DNA of 64,000 bases, from positions 2,368,001-2,432,000 of the forward strand of contig CBDFJR010000005.1 of NCBI GenBank assembly GCA_965248535.1, given 5' to 3'. Below, piece by piece: positions 10,705 to 22,588 of the stretch. Origin of the DNA: Phormidesmis sp. (GTDB lineage Bacteria; Cyanobacteriota; Cyanobacteriia; Leptolyngbyales; Leptolyngbyaceae). Numbering within the stretch: position 1 is the stretch's first letter; the number at the start of each line of letters is the position of its first letter. Under the pieces are notes generated by a model. That model searched no databases. It had not been told where the DNA came from and saw nothing but the letters and a program-made list of their open reading frames with translations. The position numbers and the translations under genes are program-made.

Positions 10705-13249
10705 CTACTGCCAGTTGCCTACGAGCACAAACCCTGACCAGAAGAATGGCTCCCGGAAGTCTGATTTGCGAATTAATTCGATTTGAGCTTGGCGAAGCGC
10801 CTCTGCTTTGCTGACCCCTGGTTGGCGAAGCTGCTGGTAGAAGTGAGCCATCAACCGAGCCGCCGCTTGATCTTTAACGGGCCAAAGAGTGGCTAGGGTT
10901 GATCGCGCCCCTGATTTAATCGCCAGCCCGGCAAGACCGAGAACCGCCCGATCGTCCCCACTGGCGGTGTCACAGGCGCTCAAGACCAAGAGTTCGATCG
11001 CTTGGCTGCCTTCTCGACTTCGCAGGAGTTCTGAAAGCTCTTTGACGTTGACTCGCCCATCCCAAGTGAGCAGAAAGGTATTCTCAAGCTGGGAGCTAAA
11101 CTGTCCGTGGGTCGCCAGGTGCACGATATTGGCATGGCTGTTTCTGACGCGATCGGACAGGGCTTTGTTCGTAAATTCCTGGTTGAGCAGCTTGGAGGAA
11201 GACACGATTTGAGCAATGTCTTGCACTTCTGACTCGACCGCAGGCAGAGACGCAAAGCCCGATCGAGACTGACTAATGCCGCCTACGATCGCGCTAATGT
11301 TGGCAGAATTCAGCGATCGTGCTCCCATTAACTGCAAGCCCGGTGAGAGCGTGACCGCATAGTTTTCAATCAGATAGTGCTGTCCATCATGCAGGGCCGC
11401 CATCGGAATATTTCGCAAATGCCCATCCAGCACAAATACCAGGGTTTTGGTGTGTTTAAATGCCTGATCTTGTTCTGCGGGACGAATCAGCCAATCATAA
11501 ACCTGCTGAGACAACTGCTGACGCTGTTTAGCATCTGCAACGGGATTGAGGGATACAAAGAGATCATCCAGGGTTTTCTCGACTTCAGCTTGGGGTTTGG
11601 GCGTGACATAGTAGCGCAACGGCTCCCCGGCAGTAGACAGAATGACCGCGAGACGATCGGGCAAAATAATCGGATAAACAACGGTTGCTGTAGGATCAAC
11701 CTGATCAATTTGCTTCACCTTGTCCAAACACGCTTCTCGGAAAAAGTTATCGAGTTCTGCAACTTGTAGGGCTTCGATCAAGCCACGAGCTTGAGTCAGC
11801 GCCGCTTGACTCGGTTGAGCATCAAGTAATAAACTCACCAACTCTCGATAGACTGGCTCAACGCTTTCGCGAAAGGAGAACTGCACATCGGCACTCACTG
11901 CCATCAGATCGCCTCGAATAGCTTGGAGAGCAGCCACTGCCTCAGTGTAGTGCGCGATCGCGTCCGATCGATTACCCTGATCCCGATCGAGCCGACCTAA
12001 CTGCCATGCCGATTGAGCAATCAGGTTGTCAGCCCGAAGTTGACGGGCGATCGTGAGAGATTGTTGGGTAACAATACGGGCTTCTGCTATTTGGTGAGTT
12101 CGAGTATATAATCTGTCCCCATTGTTGAAGAGCATAGGCTTCGGCTTGAGTATCCTGAATGCGCTGAGATGACTGCACCGTGCTGGAAAGCAGTTGAGAC
12201 AAAGCTTTCAGAGGCAAAACCTGAGAGGGATCGTCCAGTCTATTTAGCGTGGAGACAAAGTGAATCGCTCCATAAAGAGACGCATGACTGTCCGAGAGAT
12301 CGGCAAATTGTTGATAGATCTGAGTTGCAAGCGGGGCAGCCAGTTCGATTTTTTCGTGGTCAATCAAGAGCTTCAGACGATCGAGACGGGCTTGCAGTTG
12401 CTCTAGTGGATTAGTAGTCGTAGAGTGTTCTGCCTGCTCAAAATAATTCAAGGCAGCATCTGGGTCACCGAGATCGGCTGTAGTTTTGCCCAGAGCGAGG
12501 AGAATAGAGTTGAGGTCAGATGTGGCATTGAGCTTGCGAGCGATCGCCAATCCCTGCTCTAAAACTTTTTGGCTGTTGCTAGCATCCCCCATCGTTTGCA
12601 AAGCTGCACCAAGGGTTCGTAACCCGCTGACCTTAATGTCAGAATCGGGTTGGCTGGCAAGCTTTTGATTGAGCGCTTCTAATTGCTGTCGAGAACGACG
12701 ATAAAACCCCAGCGTTTGCATCGCCTGAGCCTGGTTGATTTGACTGCCTATACTTCCTGTTGAATCGCCTGCTTGGTCGTAAAGTTTTTGGGCTTGTTGC
12801 CAGGTGCTGAGGGCAGATTCAGCATGGCCCGTGTGGAGGAACAATCCAGCCTGAGTGTTGAGTATCTGTGCCCAGACAATCGCATCAGCACTAGGCTTGA
12901 CAGCTTTAAGAATCTGCAAGCTCTGCTCGATCGAGCGTTTAGCATCTTCCCACTGCGTCAATTCTTGCTGGGCCAATGAGCAATAGCTCAGGCTTAGGGC
13001 TTGATTTAAGCGATCGCCTTGCGTCTGATAGTGCTGTGCGGCAGCTTGCCACGCCATTACCGCCTCTACATAGCGCCCTGAGCGATAGAACGTGCGCCCC
13101 TGATCTAGCGAAGACGGAGCTACGATCGTAGAGGGAGACGCAACAGGGGGCATGGTTGCCACTACAGGGTGAGTAGCAATCGCGACCCACAAACTGAGAA
13201 CACTCAAACTGACCGACAGCCAACGGGGTTGATGCGATCGAGCAATCAT
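10705..13249 (-). pseudogene. TPR + CHAT protein split by a +1 frameshift near 12112-12120 (possible sequencing error)
   Basis: ORF 12029-13249 (signal peptide, TPRs, ...ALQQWGQ) continues in another frame as LYTRTHQ... (ORF 10705-12135) with HLATHG, VLSACDTA, PFFWSGFVLVGNWQ. Confidence 0.8.
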
Positions 13250-13265
13250 GAAAGATACCTAAATT

Positions 13266-16183
13266 TCAACGGTTAGCAACCGCACACGTTTCGGGGGCGC
13301 TGCCAGGGTTAGTGTTCCCATTTGTGGTTTGAGCTACCAGTTCTATAGTGCCGTTGGGGTTGCGAGTCCAATTGGTAGCTTCGATCAGAGGTTTTTTGGG
13401 GAGAAGGGCATCCTGGGCGATCGCGGGCGGTGTGTTCTGAAACGCTGATAAATCTCGCAGGTCAGACCAAGCCCGATCGCTGCTCACCTGCTCAGTGGGA
13501 TTGGTGGGCAAACCACCGCGTCCGGTCACCACAAAGCTATTGCTGTGGTTGCTCGTACAGCCTTGGGCAATTTGGTTGCTGGAGTCAGTCAAATTCGCAG
13601 GCAGTGTTCCTAAACCAGAATTAGGGTCAATGCCAATATTATTGATTTGCACGTTGCCATTGACACTAAATTCGGAACTAGCCGTAATGTCGTTGGTCAG
13701 GTCAGTTCGAGGAGTGAGCGTGTTGCGAAACGCTAGACCAATGATTCCTTGAGTGGTGATATCAATGTTGCCGCCCCGACCTTTGACCGCGTTGGCAATA
13801 ATGTCGCTGTTTTCTAACCCAGCAATAATTGGGGCAGCGATCGTGATGTTGCCGCCATTGCCATCTCCGCCTGCGGTTGCCACAAGTTGACTGCCCTGCC
13901 GCAGAAGCAGTAAGTCTTGGACTTGCAGATTAATGTTCCCGCCCTGTCCAGCAGCAGTTGACGCTTCGATGCTGCCATTCTCCAGCACCACGGTTTTTGC
14001 CTGAATGTTTAACTGTCCCGCGTTGCCTGTACCCTCGTGCTTGACGTTGATAGTTCCCTGATCGCGGATGGTGAGCCGATTGGTTGAGATGCTGACTGTG
14101 CCCGTATCGCCAGTCGGAAAATCTGGCAGCCCATAGAACTGGCGAGTGGTCTGGCTCAAAATCGTAGCATTGGAGACGATCGAGGAGTTTTGAAACTTCT
14201 TTCCCTCCACCAAAATGTCCTCTGCTTGGATCGTTAAGGTTCCCGCATTGCCTGTTGCCCCCGTGAAAGCATTAATCACTGCCCCATCTCGCACCTGCAA
14301 TTGACGGGTTTTAATCATCACATTGCCCCCATTGCCGCTGCCTAAGGTGGATGTACCCACATCACTGGCCCCCTTAGTGATGGGATTGCTGCCACTCACT
14401 TCAATCTGATCGGCAATGGTCAGCGTTACATTCCCCGCATTTCCCAAGTTGTTAGTCTGGGCGCGATCGCCAAAAGCGCCAACCACAGGCAATGAACTAG
14501 TCCCCAATCCACCACCAGCTTGAATGGACAGCTTGGACGCGGTGACCGACACAGAGCCAGTATTGCCTGCTCCAGCCGTAGCACTGCCGACGTAACTTAC
14601 TTGAGTTGGCTGGTTTGGGCTGAATCCCGCGATCACGATCGCATCCCGTGCAACAACTGTAATACTACCTGCGTTGCCAATACCAGTATCAGGAATGCCT
14701 GCAATCCGAGTCACAAAGGTGATAATTGCTCCACTATCTACCAGGCTTAACTGGTCGGTTGAGACATTCACTGCGCCACCATTGCCAATTCCTAGGGTGT
14801 AGGTCTGAATTCCGCTAGTGGTGAAGCTTAAGGGGCTAAACCCGATCGCCGTAATGTCTGAGGCATTGACTGCAATGTTGCCGCCCTGCCCGGTGGCTCC
14901 AGGCAACACATAGGTGGCAATTTGCCCACTCTCTGTCAGGGTAATTTGTCGTGCTGCCACGTCAACGTCACCGCCTGCACCAGACCCATAGACCGTGCTC
15001 GAAATATGGCTACTGCTGCTGCCACCTGCAAACAGCGGCGAATTCACCAGCACAGTGCCATCAGCCAGAATCGTGTCTGCCCTGACTTGCACTTTCCCGG
15101 CGGCTCCCGATCCCAGGCTAAAGGTTTCTATCCCAGCTCCATCTTGCAGAGAAAGGTTTCCTGTTTGAATGTTCACCGCGCCGCCGTTGCCCATTGCGCC
15201 AGGAGCCACTTGGTTTACAATCCAAGCGCTGGGTGCTTGGGCGTTAGCGGTGACTCCACCTAGAATGAGCGATCGTTGGGCATTGACGGTAATCGCGCCG
15301 CCCTGACCTGCACCCGCAGTAGCCGCAGCAATCTGAGATTGATTCAGGGTAATATCGCGCCCGACGACTTGAATTCCCCCAGCCAAGTTGCCCACCGGGT
15401 CAGGATTCCACAGCGAGGAGCGATTGATCAAATTCACATCCCCCAACACTTGGACTTGAGAGTATCCCAGTTGCCAGCCTGCGGGAGTAGGAGTGAGGCT
15501 GACCAACCCACTCTCGACTGCGCCCACTTCAATCCGCCCGGCTGGCGCTGTGATCACTCCACCTGTAAACCTAACGTTGCCACCCACAAGCGCGATCGTT
15601 TTCCTGGGCTGCTGATGATACCTAGATTGCTGGTGGGCACAATGCCATCATTGCCGTTTCCCTGCACCTGAATGTCCCCTGTTCTAGCGTAAAATTGCAG
15701 CCCAGTAGGAACGCTGATCGTCAACAACGGTGTAGCTGTTGGATTGACCGCACTAAACTCGACTCCATCAGCAAATTTGACACTGTTGGCAGTGGTGCCG
15801 ATGAATGAACCCCCCATATTCAACGCGGCATTGGGCCCAAATAAAATGCCACTGGGGTTGAGTAGAAATAAATTGGCCGTGCCGTTAGTCTGAATTACGC
15901 CATTAATGTTGGAAACCATGCCACCTGTGACGCGGCTGAAGATATTTTGCACATCTGCCGCGTTATTAAAACTGGCAGCGCCACCCGTGGGAACAGAAAA
16001 TTGACTAAAGCTATGGAATAGGTTGTTGCCGACGCGATCGCCATCATCAATCGTAAACCGATTCCCGCTTTGGGTCACACGAGTCGAAAGGGTGCCATCA
16101 GGGGTAACTTGAGCGATCGCACGTCCTGCCAATCCACTTAACCCGACTCCAATTATGATCAACCCTGCGATCGCTTTCATCAC
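13266..16183 (-). pseudogene. filamentous haemagglutinin-family (TpsA) exoprotein split by a 1-nt deletion at 15599-15602 (possible sequencing error)
   Basis: N-terminal ORF has [17 protein letters not shown] domain; adding one base to the T4 run restores [12 protein letters not shown], matching the paralogue's [12 protein letters not shown]. Confidence 0.85.
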
Positions 16184-16257
16184 ACTATTCCTGCCAGAAC
16201 TATCGCTAGAGTACCCAAAGGAGCGATCACAGTGACTCAGCGATGAATTTGATGAAT

Positions 16258-19179
16258 TTAGCGATCGGCTTTGCTAGATTCCAACAAATCGCTCCCTGCA
16301 CACGTTGCAATCTGGGCAACCGGAATGGGTTGAGCTGCGACGAGTTGGATTTCGCCATCATAGTTGCGCTGCCAATTGGTAGCCTCGACTAATCTGGGAG
16401 TCGGTTCGAGGGTGGCAATGTGATGAGAGTCTGAGAGCGGACGGAGATCTTGCCAGGTACGATCGCTGCTCACCTGCTCAGTGGGATTGGTGGGCAAACC
16501 ACCGCGTCCGGTCACCACAAAGCTGCTGCTGTGGTTGCTCGTACAGCCTTGGGCAATTTGGTTGCTGGAGTCAGTCAAATTCGCAGGCAGTGTTCCTAAA
16601 CCAGAATTAGGGTCAATGCCAATATTGTTGATTTGCACGTTGCCATTGACACTAAATTCAGAACTAGCCGTAATGTCGTTGGTCAGGTCAGTTCGAGGAG
16701 TTAGAGTGTTGCGAAACGCCAGACCAATGATCCCTTGAGTGGTGATATCAATGTTGCCGCCGCGACCTTTGACGGCGTTGGCAATGATGTCGCTGTTTTC
16801 TAACCCAGCAATAATTGGGGCAGCGATCGTGATGTTGCCGCCATTGCCAGTACCACCAGCCGTCGCCGTAATCTCGCTGCCTTGCCGCAGCAAGAGAATG
16901 TTCCGCACTCGTAGGGTAATATTGCCACCCTGCCCAGAAGCAGTTGAGGCTTTGATGCTGCCAGTCTCCAACAACACAGCGGCTGCCTGAATGGTTAACT
17001 GTCCAGCATTACCAATACCTTGGTGATTGACACTAACAGTCCCCTGATCGCGAATCGTGAGCCGATTGGTCGAGATGTTGAGCGTTGCGGTATCGCCCGT
17101 CGGGGATGCGGGCAAGCCATAAAACTGTCGCGTCGTCTGGTTCAAGATTGGTGCACTAGCAGCGATCGAGGAGCGCTGACTGTTCCTGCCCTCCACGAGA
17201 ATGTCTTCCGCCTGGATTGTCAACACTCCCGCATTGCCTGTCGATTCAGTTACAGCGCTAATCGTGCCACCGTCCCTTACGAGCAGTTGCTTTGTTTTAA
17301 TTGTCACGTTGCCCCCATTGCCATTGCTAAAAGCAGTTGAACCGAGAGGGCTGGGCGTTTGGGTAAAGGGATTGATGCCACTCACCTCAATTCGCTCGGC
17401 AGCATTCAGGGTGACATTTCCCGCATTGCCTAAGTTATTAGCCTGGGTGCGATCGCCAAACAGGCCTACAACAGACTGAGTGGTGGTGCCCAAGCCACCA
17501 CCAGCTTGCAAGGAAAGCCGCGGCGTGGTGACTGACACATTGCCACTGTTGCCTGATCCCACCGTCAGACTGCCCAAAAAGCTGATCAGGTCTGGTTTGT
17601 TTGGACTGGTACCCGTGATGGTAATCGCCTCCCGTGCTGTTACCGTGATGTCGCCAGCGTTCCCAATGCCTGTACTAGGAATGCCAGCAAGGCGAGCGGT
17701 GCCAGTAAGCACCTCGCCACCGCTGACAAGATTGAGTCGATCGGTGGAAAGGTTCATTGCGCCACTATTGCCAATGCCTAGCGTATAGGTTTGAATCCCA
17801 CTCGGCACCAAAGTCAAGGGGTTGAAGCCGCTGATCAAAATAGCGGACGCATTGACGGTGAGATTGCCGCCCTGTCCTGTGGCTCTTGGCTGGACAAAGG
17901 TATTAATTTGCCCACTGTCTGTCAAGCTAATTTGCCGTGCCGCCACGTCAATATTTCCTCCGGCTCCAGATTGATAAACCGTGCTGGAAATGCGGCTGGC
18001 GCTGCTGCCAGTGATAAGCAAGGGCGACTTGACCAGCACTGCGCCTGTAGCTGTAATGGTATCGGCGGAGACTTGGATGTTGCCAGCGGCACCCGCTCCA
18101 AGGCTCAATGTCTCGATCGCCGCCCCATCTTGCAGCGATACGTTGCCCGCCTGGATTGTAACCGTTCCCCCCTTCCCGGTCGCTCCGAGATTGACCAGAT
18201 TGACAATCCAGGCACTTGGTGCGAGAGCATTAGGCGCAATGCCGCCGAGGGTCAGCGATCGCTGGGCGTTCACCGTTACATTGCCCCCAACACTATTGCG
18301 TAGCGTTGCCGCCGCAATCTGGGATTGGTTTAAGGTGACATTGCGCCCAACTACTTGAATGCCCCCAAACGGATTGCTGGCAGGATAGGGATTCCACAAC
18401 GACGATCGCGCATTGAAACTTACATCTTGTAACGCCTGTGCTTGTGCATAACCCAATTGCCACCCTGCTGGCGTAGCGGTCAAACTGACGGTGCCGCTGT
18501 TCACTGCGCCCACTTCAATCCGTCCGGCTGGCGCTGTGATCACTCCACCTGTAAAATTCACATCGCCGCCCACCAGCCCGATCGTCTTTCCTGGGCTCCC
18601 GACGATCCCTGGATTCGCTGTGGGAAACATCGCATTATTGCCCTTGCCCTGTACTTGAATTCCCCCCTTGCTGCCGTTGAACTGTAGTCCGATCGGTACG
18701 CTAATTGTCAACAGCGGTGTAGCTGTTGGATTGACCGCACTAAACTCGACTCCATCAGCAAATTTGACACTGTTGGCAGTGGTGCCGATGAATGAACCCC
18801 CCATATTCAACGCGGCATTGGGCCCAAATAAAATGCCACTGGGGTTGAGTAGAAATAAATTGGCCGTGCCGTTAGTCTGAATTACGCCATTAATGTTGGA
18901 AACCATGCCACCTGTGACGCGGCTGAAGATATTTTGCACATCTGCCGCGTTATTAAAACTGGCAGCGCCACCCGTGGGAACAGAAAATTGACTAAAGCTA
19001 TGGAATAGGTTATTGCCGACGCGATCGCCGTCATCAATCGTAAACCGATTCCCGCTTTGAGTCACACGAGTCGAAAGGGTGCCATCTGGCACGACTTGCT
19101 GCCCTTGAGCTACCCCCGACCCGATCAGCAATCCTAGCCCACTAGCGGTCAACCCCCGGATCAATAACTCAACGCCCAT
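16258..19179 (-). CDS. filamentous haemagglutinin-family (TpsA) exoprotein
   Basis: Signal peptide, NLFHSFSQF and [13 protein letters not shown] motifs, GxGGxIxI beta-helix repeats, C-terminal C...[10 protein letters not shown]. Confidence 0.92.
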   Translation of the reverse strand: MGVELLIRGLTASGLGLLIGSGVAQGQQVVPDGTLSTRVTQSGNRFTIDDGDRVGNNLFHSFSQFSVPTGGAASFNNAADVQNIFSRVTGGMVSNINGVIQTNGTANLFLLNPSGILFGPNAALNMGGSFIGTTANSVKFADGVEFSAVNPTATPLLTISVPIGLQFNGSKGGIQVQGKGNNAMFPTANPGIVGSPGKTIGLVGGDVNFTGGVITAPAGRIEVGAVNSGTVSLTATPAGWQLGYAQAQALQDVSFNARSSLWNPYPASNPFGGIQVVGRNVTLNQSQIAAATLRNSVGGNVTVNAQRSLTLGGIAPNALAPSAWIVNLVNLGATGKGGTVTIQAGNVSLQDGAAIETLSLGAGAAGNIQVSADTITATGAVLVKSPLLITGSSASRISSTVYQSGAGGNIDVAARQISLTDSGQINTFVQPRATGQGGNLTVNASAILISGFNPLTLVPSGIQTYTLGIGNSGAMNLSTDRLNLVSGGEVLTGTARLAGIPSTGIGNAGDITVTAREAITITGTSPNKPDLISFLGSLTVGSGNSGNVSVTTPRLSLQAGGGLGTTTQSVVGLFGDRTQANNLGNAGNVTLNAAERIEVSGINPFTQTPSPLGSTAFSNGNGGNVTIKTKQLLVRDGGTISAVTESTGNAGVLTIQAEDILVEGRNSQRSSIAASAPILNQTTRQFYGLPASPTGDTATLNISTNRLTIRDQGTVSVNHQGIGNAGQLTIQAAAVLLETGSIKASTASGQGGNITLRVRNILLLRQGSEITATAGGTGNGGNITIAAPIIAGLENSDIIANAVKGRGGNIDITTQGIIGLAFRNTLTPRTDLTNDITASSEFSVNGNVQINNIGIDPNSGLGTLPANLTDSSNQIAQGCTSNHSSSFVVTGRGGLPTNPTEQVSSDRTWQDLRPLSDSHHIATLEPTPRLVEATNWQRNYDGEIQLVAAQPIPVAQIATCAGSDLLESSKADR

Positions 19180-19470
19180 AGTCCGGCATCACAAATCAGA
19201 GCAGACCTAACGTTCCCTGAACGGCTCAAGGAATCGCTATTGGATCAGCATGGGACATTTTGACGATCGCCGCTTTATTTAGAACAGCAAGCCAAAAATC
19301 GAATTGGACTAAATGTGCTCGCAAAGTTAGCAAAACGGATTGTGTGACCATACTAGCGGCTAAGTCGGCTGTATTCTCCTTCATCTCGCTCGCCATAAAC
19401 TTAGAAGCCTCGTTGACAAAGAGGTTGAACCTCCCACTGCTGTTCAGCGCGGACTTGTTCCATCCCCCCA

Positions 19471-21327
19471 TTGATTCCCCCGTTGATAGCCCCCAATCCT
19501 ATGAACACTCGCCCCGCTCCCTCTTTGCCGAGGATGGCTCGACAATTATTGAGCACCTCACCCTTGTTTTTACTGAGTTTGCCTGCCATTTTACCGTTTC
19601 CCGCTTGGGCAGGTCTTGCCGACTCGACCTTAGCTCAAACGCCGCAGATCGGGAGACCTCAAATTCTCCCTCAAGTTTTGCCTCGCCCTTTCCAACCCGA
19701 ACCGACGCAACCCCTAACGCCGCGACCTCCAGCAGACGAGCTATTGCCTCAGCCTGCGATTTCTCAGCCTGCGATTTCTCAACCTGCGATTTCTCAACCT
19801 GCGATCGCAGCGCCGGGCCAAACCTCTGACACGATCTCGGTGCAGCGCTTTGAAGTCTTAGGCAGCACTGTTTTTAGCGCGCAAGACTTTGCTGAAATTA
19901 CCAAACGGTTTCTCGATCGCAATTTGACCTTTGCTGAATTGTTGCAGGTGAGGTCTGCGATCGTCGATCTCTATGTGCGTCGGGGCTATGTGACCTCTGC
20001 GGCAGTGCTGCCCCCTCAAAGGCTCACCGATGGCACAGTCAAAATCCAGGTAATTGAAGGATCGCTCGAAAGCATTAACGTTGCGGGCACACGTCGCCTT
20101 AACCCCAACTACATTCGCAGTCGTCTCAATCTCGCCGCCTCAAAACCTTTGAATGTCGAGCGGCTGCTCGAAGGACTTCAGCTTCTGCAACTCGACCCTT
20201 TGGTCAAGACGATTTCTGCCGATTTACAAACCGGAACTCAACCCGGCACCAGCGTGCTGCAAGTGATGGTCACAGAAGCAAACACGTTGAGCATTACGCC
20301 GTCGATCGATAACAGTCGATCGCCCAGTGTTGGCTCGCTTCGGCGACAGATCGAAGTTGCTCAAGCCAATCTACTGGGCATCGGCGACGGGCTGCGAGTC
20401 AGCTATACCAACACCGATGGCAGCAACGGCATAGATACCAGCTACACGGTGCCGATTAATCCCCACAATGGCACGGTGCGTCTTGCCTACAGCAACACTC
20501 ATAGCACGGTGATTGAGAAGCCGTTTGATGTGCTCGATATTCAGGCAAAATCTCGCTACTACGAATTCACCTACCGCCAGCCGATCGTGCAACACCCCGC
20601 GAGTGAACTAGCCGTAGGGTTGACTTTTTCACGCCAAGAAAGCCAAACCGAACTCGGCATTGACCACATTGGCCCCTTTCCTCTTTCTCCCGGAGCCGAT
20701 GATCAAGGGCGCACCCGGATTTCTGCTCTGCGCTTTTTTCAAGAATGGGTCAACCGCACCGATCGCCAAGTGATTGCCGCCCGATCGCAGTTCAGCACTG
20801 GTTTAGGACTTTTTGACGCAACGAGCAACGCCAATGCGCCAGACAGTCATTTTTTCACTTGGCGCGGGCAAGCCCAATGGACTCGACTTTTAGCCCGCGA
20901 CACCTTGTTCTTAATTCGCGGTGAGGTGCAATTAGCCGATCGCTCCTTGGTGCCGTTAGAACAGTTTGGCATCGGCGGACAAGAGACTGTGCGAGGCTAT
21001 CGCCAAGATGCCTTGTTGACTGACAGCGGACTGTTGTTTTCGACCGAGTTTCGGCTGCCAATTTTAAGAACGGCAAGAACGGCTCACGGAACTGGAGTAT
21101 TGCAGCTTACGCCCTTTATTGACATTGGCTCAGGCTGGAATCGAGGTGGCAACAATCCTGACTCCAAAACACTCGTCGGTGCCGGACTCGGACTGCTGTG
21201 GAGACAGGGCGATAACTTTTCGGCACGCCTCGATTTTGGGTTTCCGCTGATCTCGATCGAGGGCAATAAAAGCACGCTTCAAGAAAACGGTATCTACTTC
21301 TCGATTAAATACAGCCCATCCTTTTAA
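19471..21327 (+). CDS. ShlB/FhaC/HecB-family TpsB outer-membrane transporter (start probably ATG 19501)
   Basis: POTRA-like YVRRGYVTS, VRGY motif (GGQETVRGYRQD), terminal Phe; divergent from TpsA genes. Confidence 0.92.
   Translation: MIPPLIAPNPMNTRPAPSLPRMARQLLSTSPLFLLSLPAILPFPAWAGLADSTLAQTPQIGRPQILPQVLPRPFQPEPTQPLTPRPPADELLPQPAISQPAISQPAISQPAIAAPGQTSDTISVQRFEVLGSTVFSAQDFAEITKRFLDRNLTFAELLQVRSAIVDLYVRRGYVTSAAVLPPQRLTDGTVKIQVIEGSLESINVAGTRRLNPNYIRSRLNLAASKPLNVERLLEGLQLLQLDPLVKTISADLQTGTQPGTSVLQVMVTEANTLSITPSIDNSRSPSVGSLRRQIEVAQANLLGIGDGLRVSYTNTDGSNGIDTSYTVPINPHNGTVRLAYSNTHSTVIEKPFDVLDIQAKSRYYEFTYRQPIVQHPASELAVGLTFSRQESQTELGIDHIGPFPLSPGADDQGRTRISALRFFQEWVNRTDRQVIAARSQFSTGLGLFDATSNANAPDSHFFTWRGQAQWTRLLARDTLFLIRGEVQLADRSLVPLEQFGIGGQETVRGYRQDALLTDSGLLFSTEFRLPILRTARTAHGTGVLQLTPFIDIGSGWNRGGNNPDSKTLVGAGLGLLWRQGDNFSARLDFGFPLISIEGNKSTLQENGIYFSIKYSPSF
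19749..19808 (+). repeat. 4 x 15-nt tandem repeat encoding (S)QPAI units in the TpsB linker
   Basis: TCAGCCTGCGATTTC x2, TCAACCTGCGATTTC, TCAACCTGCGATCGC. Confidence 0.85.
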
Positions 21328-21520
21328 ATTAATTTGTTTCTGAAAACCTAGTCCTTGAGTTGGAGGCAGAGGTTGATCATTTCCCCACATCATATAGCTG
21401 TATCTGTACTAAACACCAAAGTCTGCAAGTCTGACATGGTTTGTAGTTTGGCATCTGACAGAGACTGAATCGCATTAGCGAGTTGCCTTAATCAATTTAA
21501 TAACGACTTAGGAGAATTCT

Positions 21521-21712
21521 ATGACTCGTGCTCACACTCCTAGCATTCCCCCGGTGATTGAAGCTGATGAAGCTGAATATCGCGATAGCGGTGTTCCTAG
21601 CACGATCGCTATTTTTGGACATCCGCTACATCCACTGTTGGTGACCTTTCCGATCGCTGATCTTCTCTACCGTCCTATAGAGTTTCTGGGTTTGGTTTGT
21701 GCTTTACATTAA
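21521..21712 (+). pseudogene. truncated 5' copy of the DUF2231 gene
   Basis: First 46 aa identical to ORF 22589-23179, then unrelated. Confidence 0.8.
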
Positions 21713-21742
21713 CGCCACAGACGATCAATAAGGACGTTAAGA

Positions 21743-22474
21743 ATGTCAGATTTGGGCGAACAAGCGCTAAACAAAGTTGCAGAACTAGGCATCTCTAGCC
21801 AGCTAGATGAGGTCAAAAACCTAGAGGTCGAAATTGAAACTGACCCGCTTAAACTCATCACAGGGGCCGTAGATTCTGTCTCTATCAAGGCTGAAGGACT
21901 CGTGATGCAGCACGACCTGCGGATTGAAGAGATGGAGATGCACACCGGGCACGTAGCCCTCAACCCGATGAGTGTGGCTTTTGGCAAAATTGAGTTAACT
22001 CGACCGACCCACGCTGCGACTCACGTGGTTCTCACTGAGGCAGATATTAACCGCGCCTTCAACTCAGACTTTATCAGGAGCAAGCTGCAAGATCTGAAGG
22101 TGCACGTCAATGGTGAACTAGCGATCGTAGACACCCACGCGATCGAGTTTGGTCTGCCGGGCGATGGCAAGATTTTTTTGAGCACTGAGGTGATGCTGCA
22201 AGCCACTCAAGAGAAGAAGCGGGTAGCGTTCACGACGGTTCCCAAAGTTGGGCAAGGGGGGCAGCAAGTGCTTTTAGAAGACGTGCAGTATGTCGAAGGT
22301 CAAGATCTTTCACCTGAACTGACCGAAGCCTTGCTCACTCAAGCACAAGACCTTTTGAATCTCAGGAACTTTGAGCTAGAGGGCATGGCTTTAAAGCTCA
22401 AAAAGCTAGACGTGCAAACTGGAAAACTAGTCCTTGAGTCAGAGGCAGAGGTTGACCATTTCCCCTCATCATAA
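21743..22474 (+). CDS. DUF2993/LmeA-family protein
   Basis: GEQALNK...LTEADINRAFNS pattern of cyanobacterial DUF2993 proteins. Confidence 0.75.
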   Translation: MSDLGEQALNKVAELGISSQLDEVKNLEVEIETDPLKLITGAVDSVSIKAEGLVMQHDLRIEEMEMHTGHVALNPMSVAFGKIELTRPTHAATHVVLTEADINRAFNSDFIRSKLQDLKVHVNGELAIVDTHAIEFGLPGDGKIFLSTEVMLQATQEKKRVAFTTVPKVGQGGQQVLLEDVQYVEGQDLSPELTEALLTQAQDLLNLRNFELEGMALKLKKLDVQTGKLVLESEAEVDHFPSS

Positions 22475-22588
22475 AGTCGTTTCTGCCCAGAGAGTTAAGC
22501 CTGCTGTGGCTATGATTCGCCTTTCCCTGTCTGGTGAGAGTCTCGCAGGCTGCCCAACTCGATTTAATAACCAATTAGGAGAACTCTA

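Noticed and set aside
19260..19829. 189-aa ORF with CDFST repeats, and the many other short overlapping or antisense ORFs in the track
   Set aside because: Alternative-frame shadows of well-supported genes; CDFST is the TpsB 15-nt repeat read in another frame.
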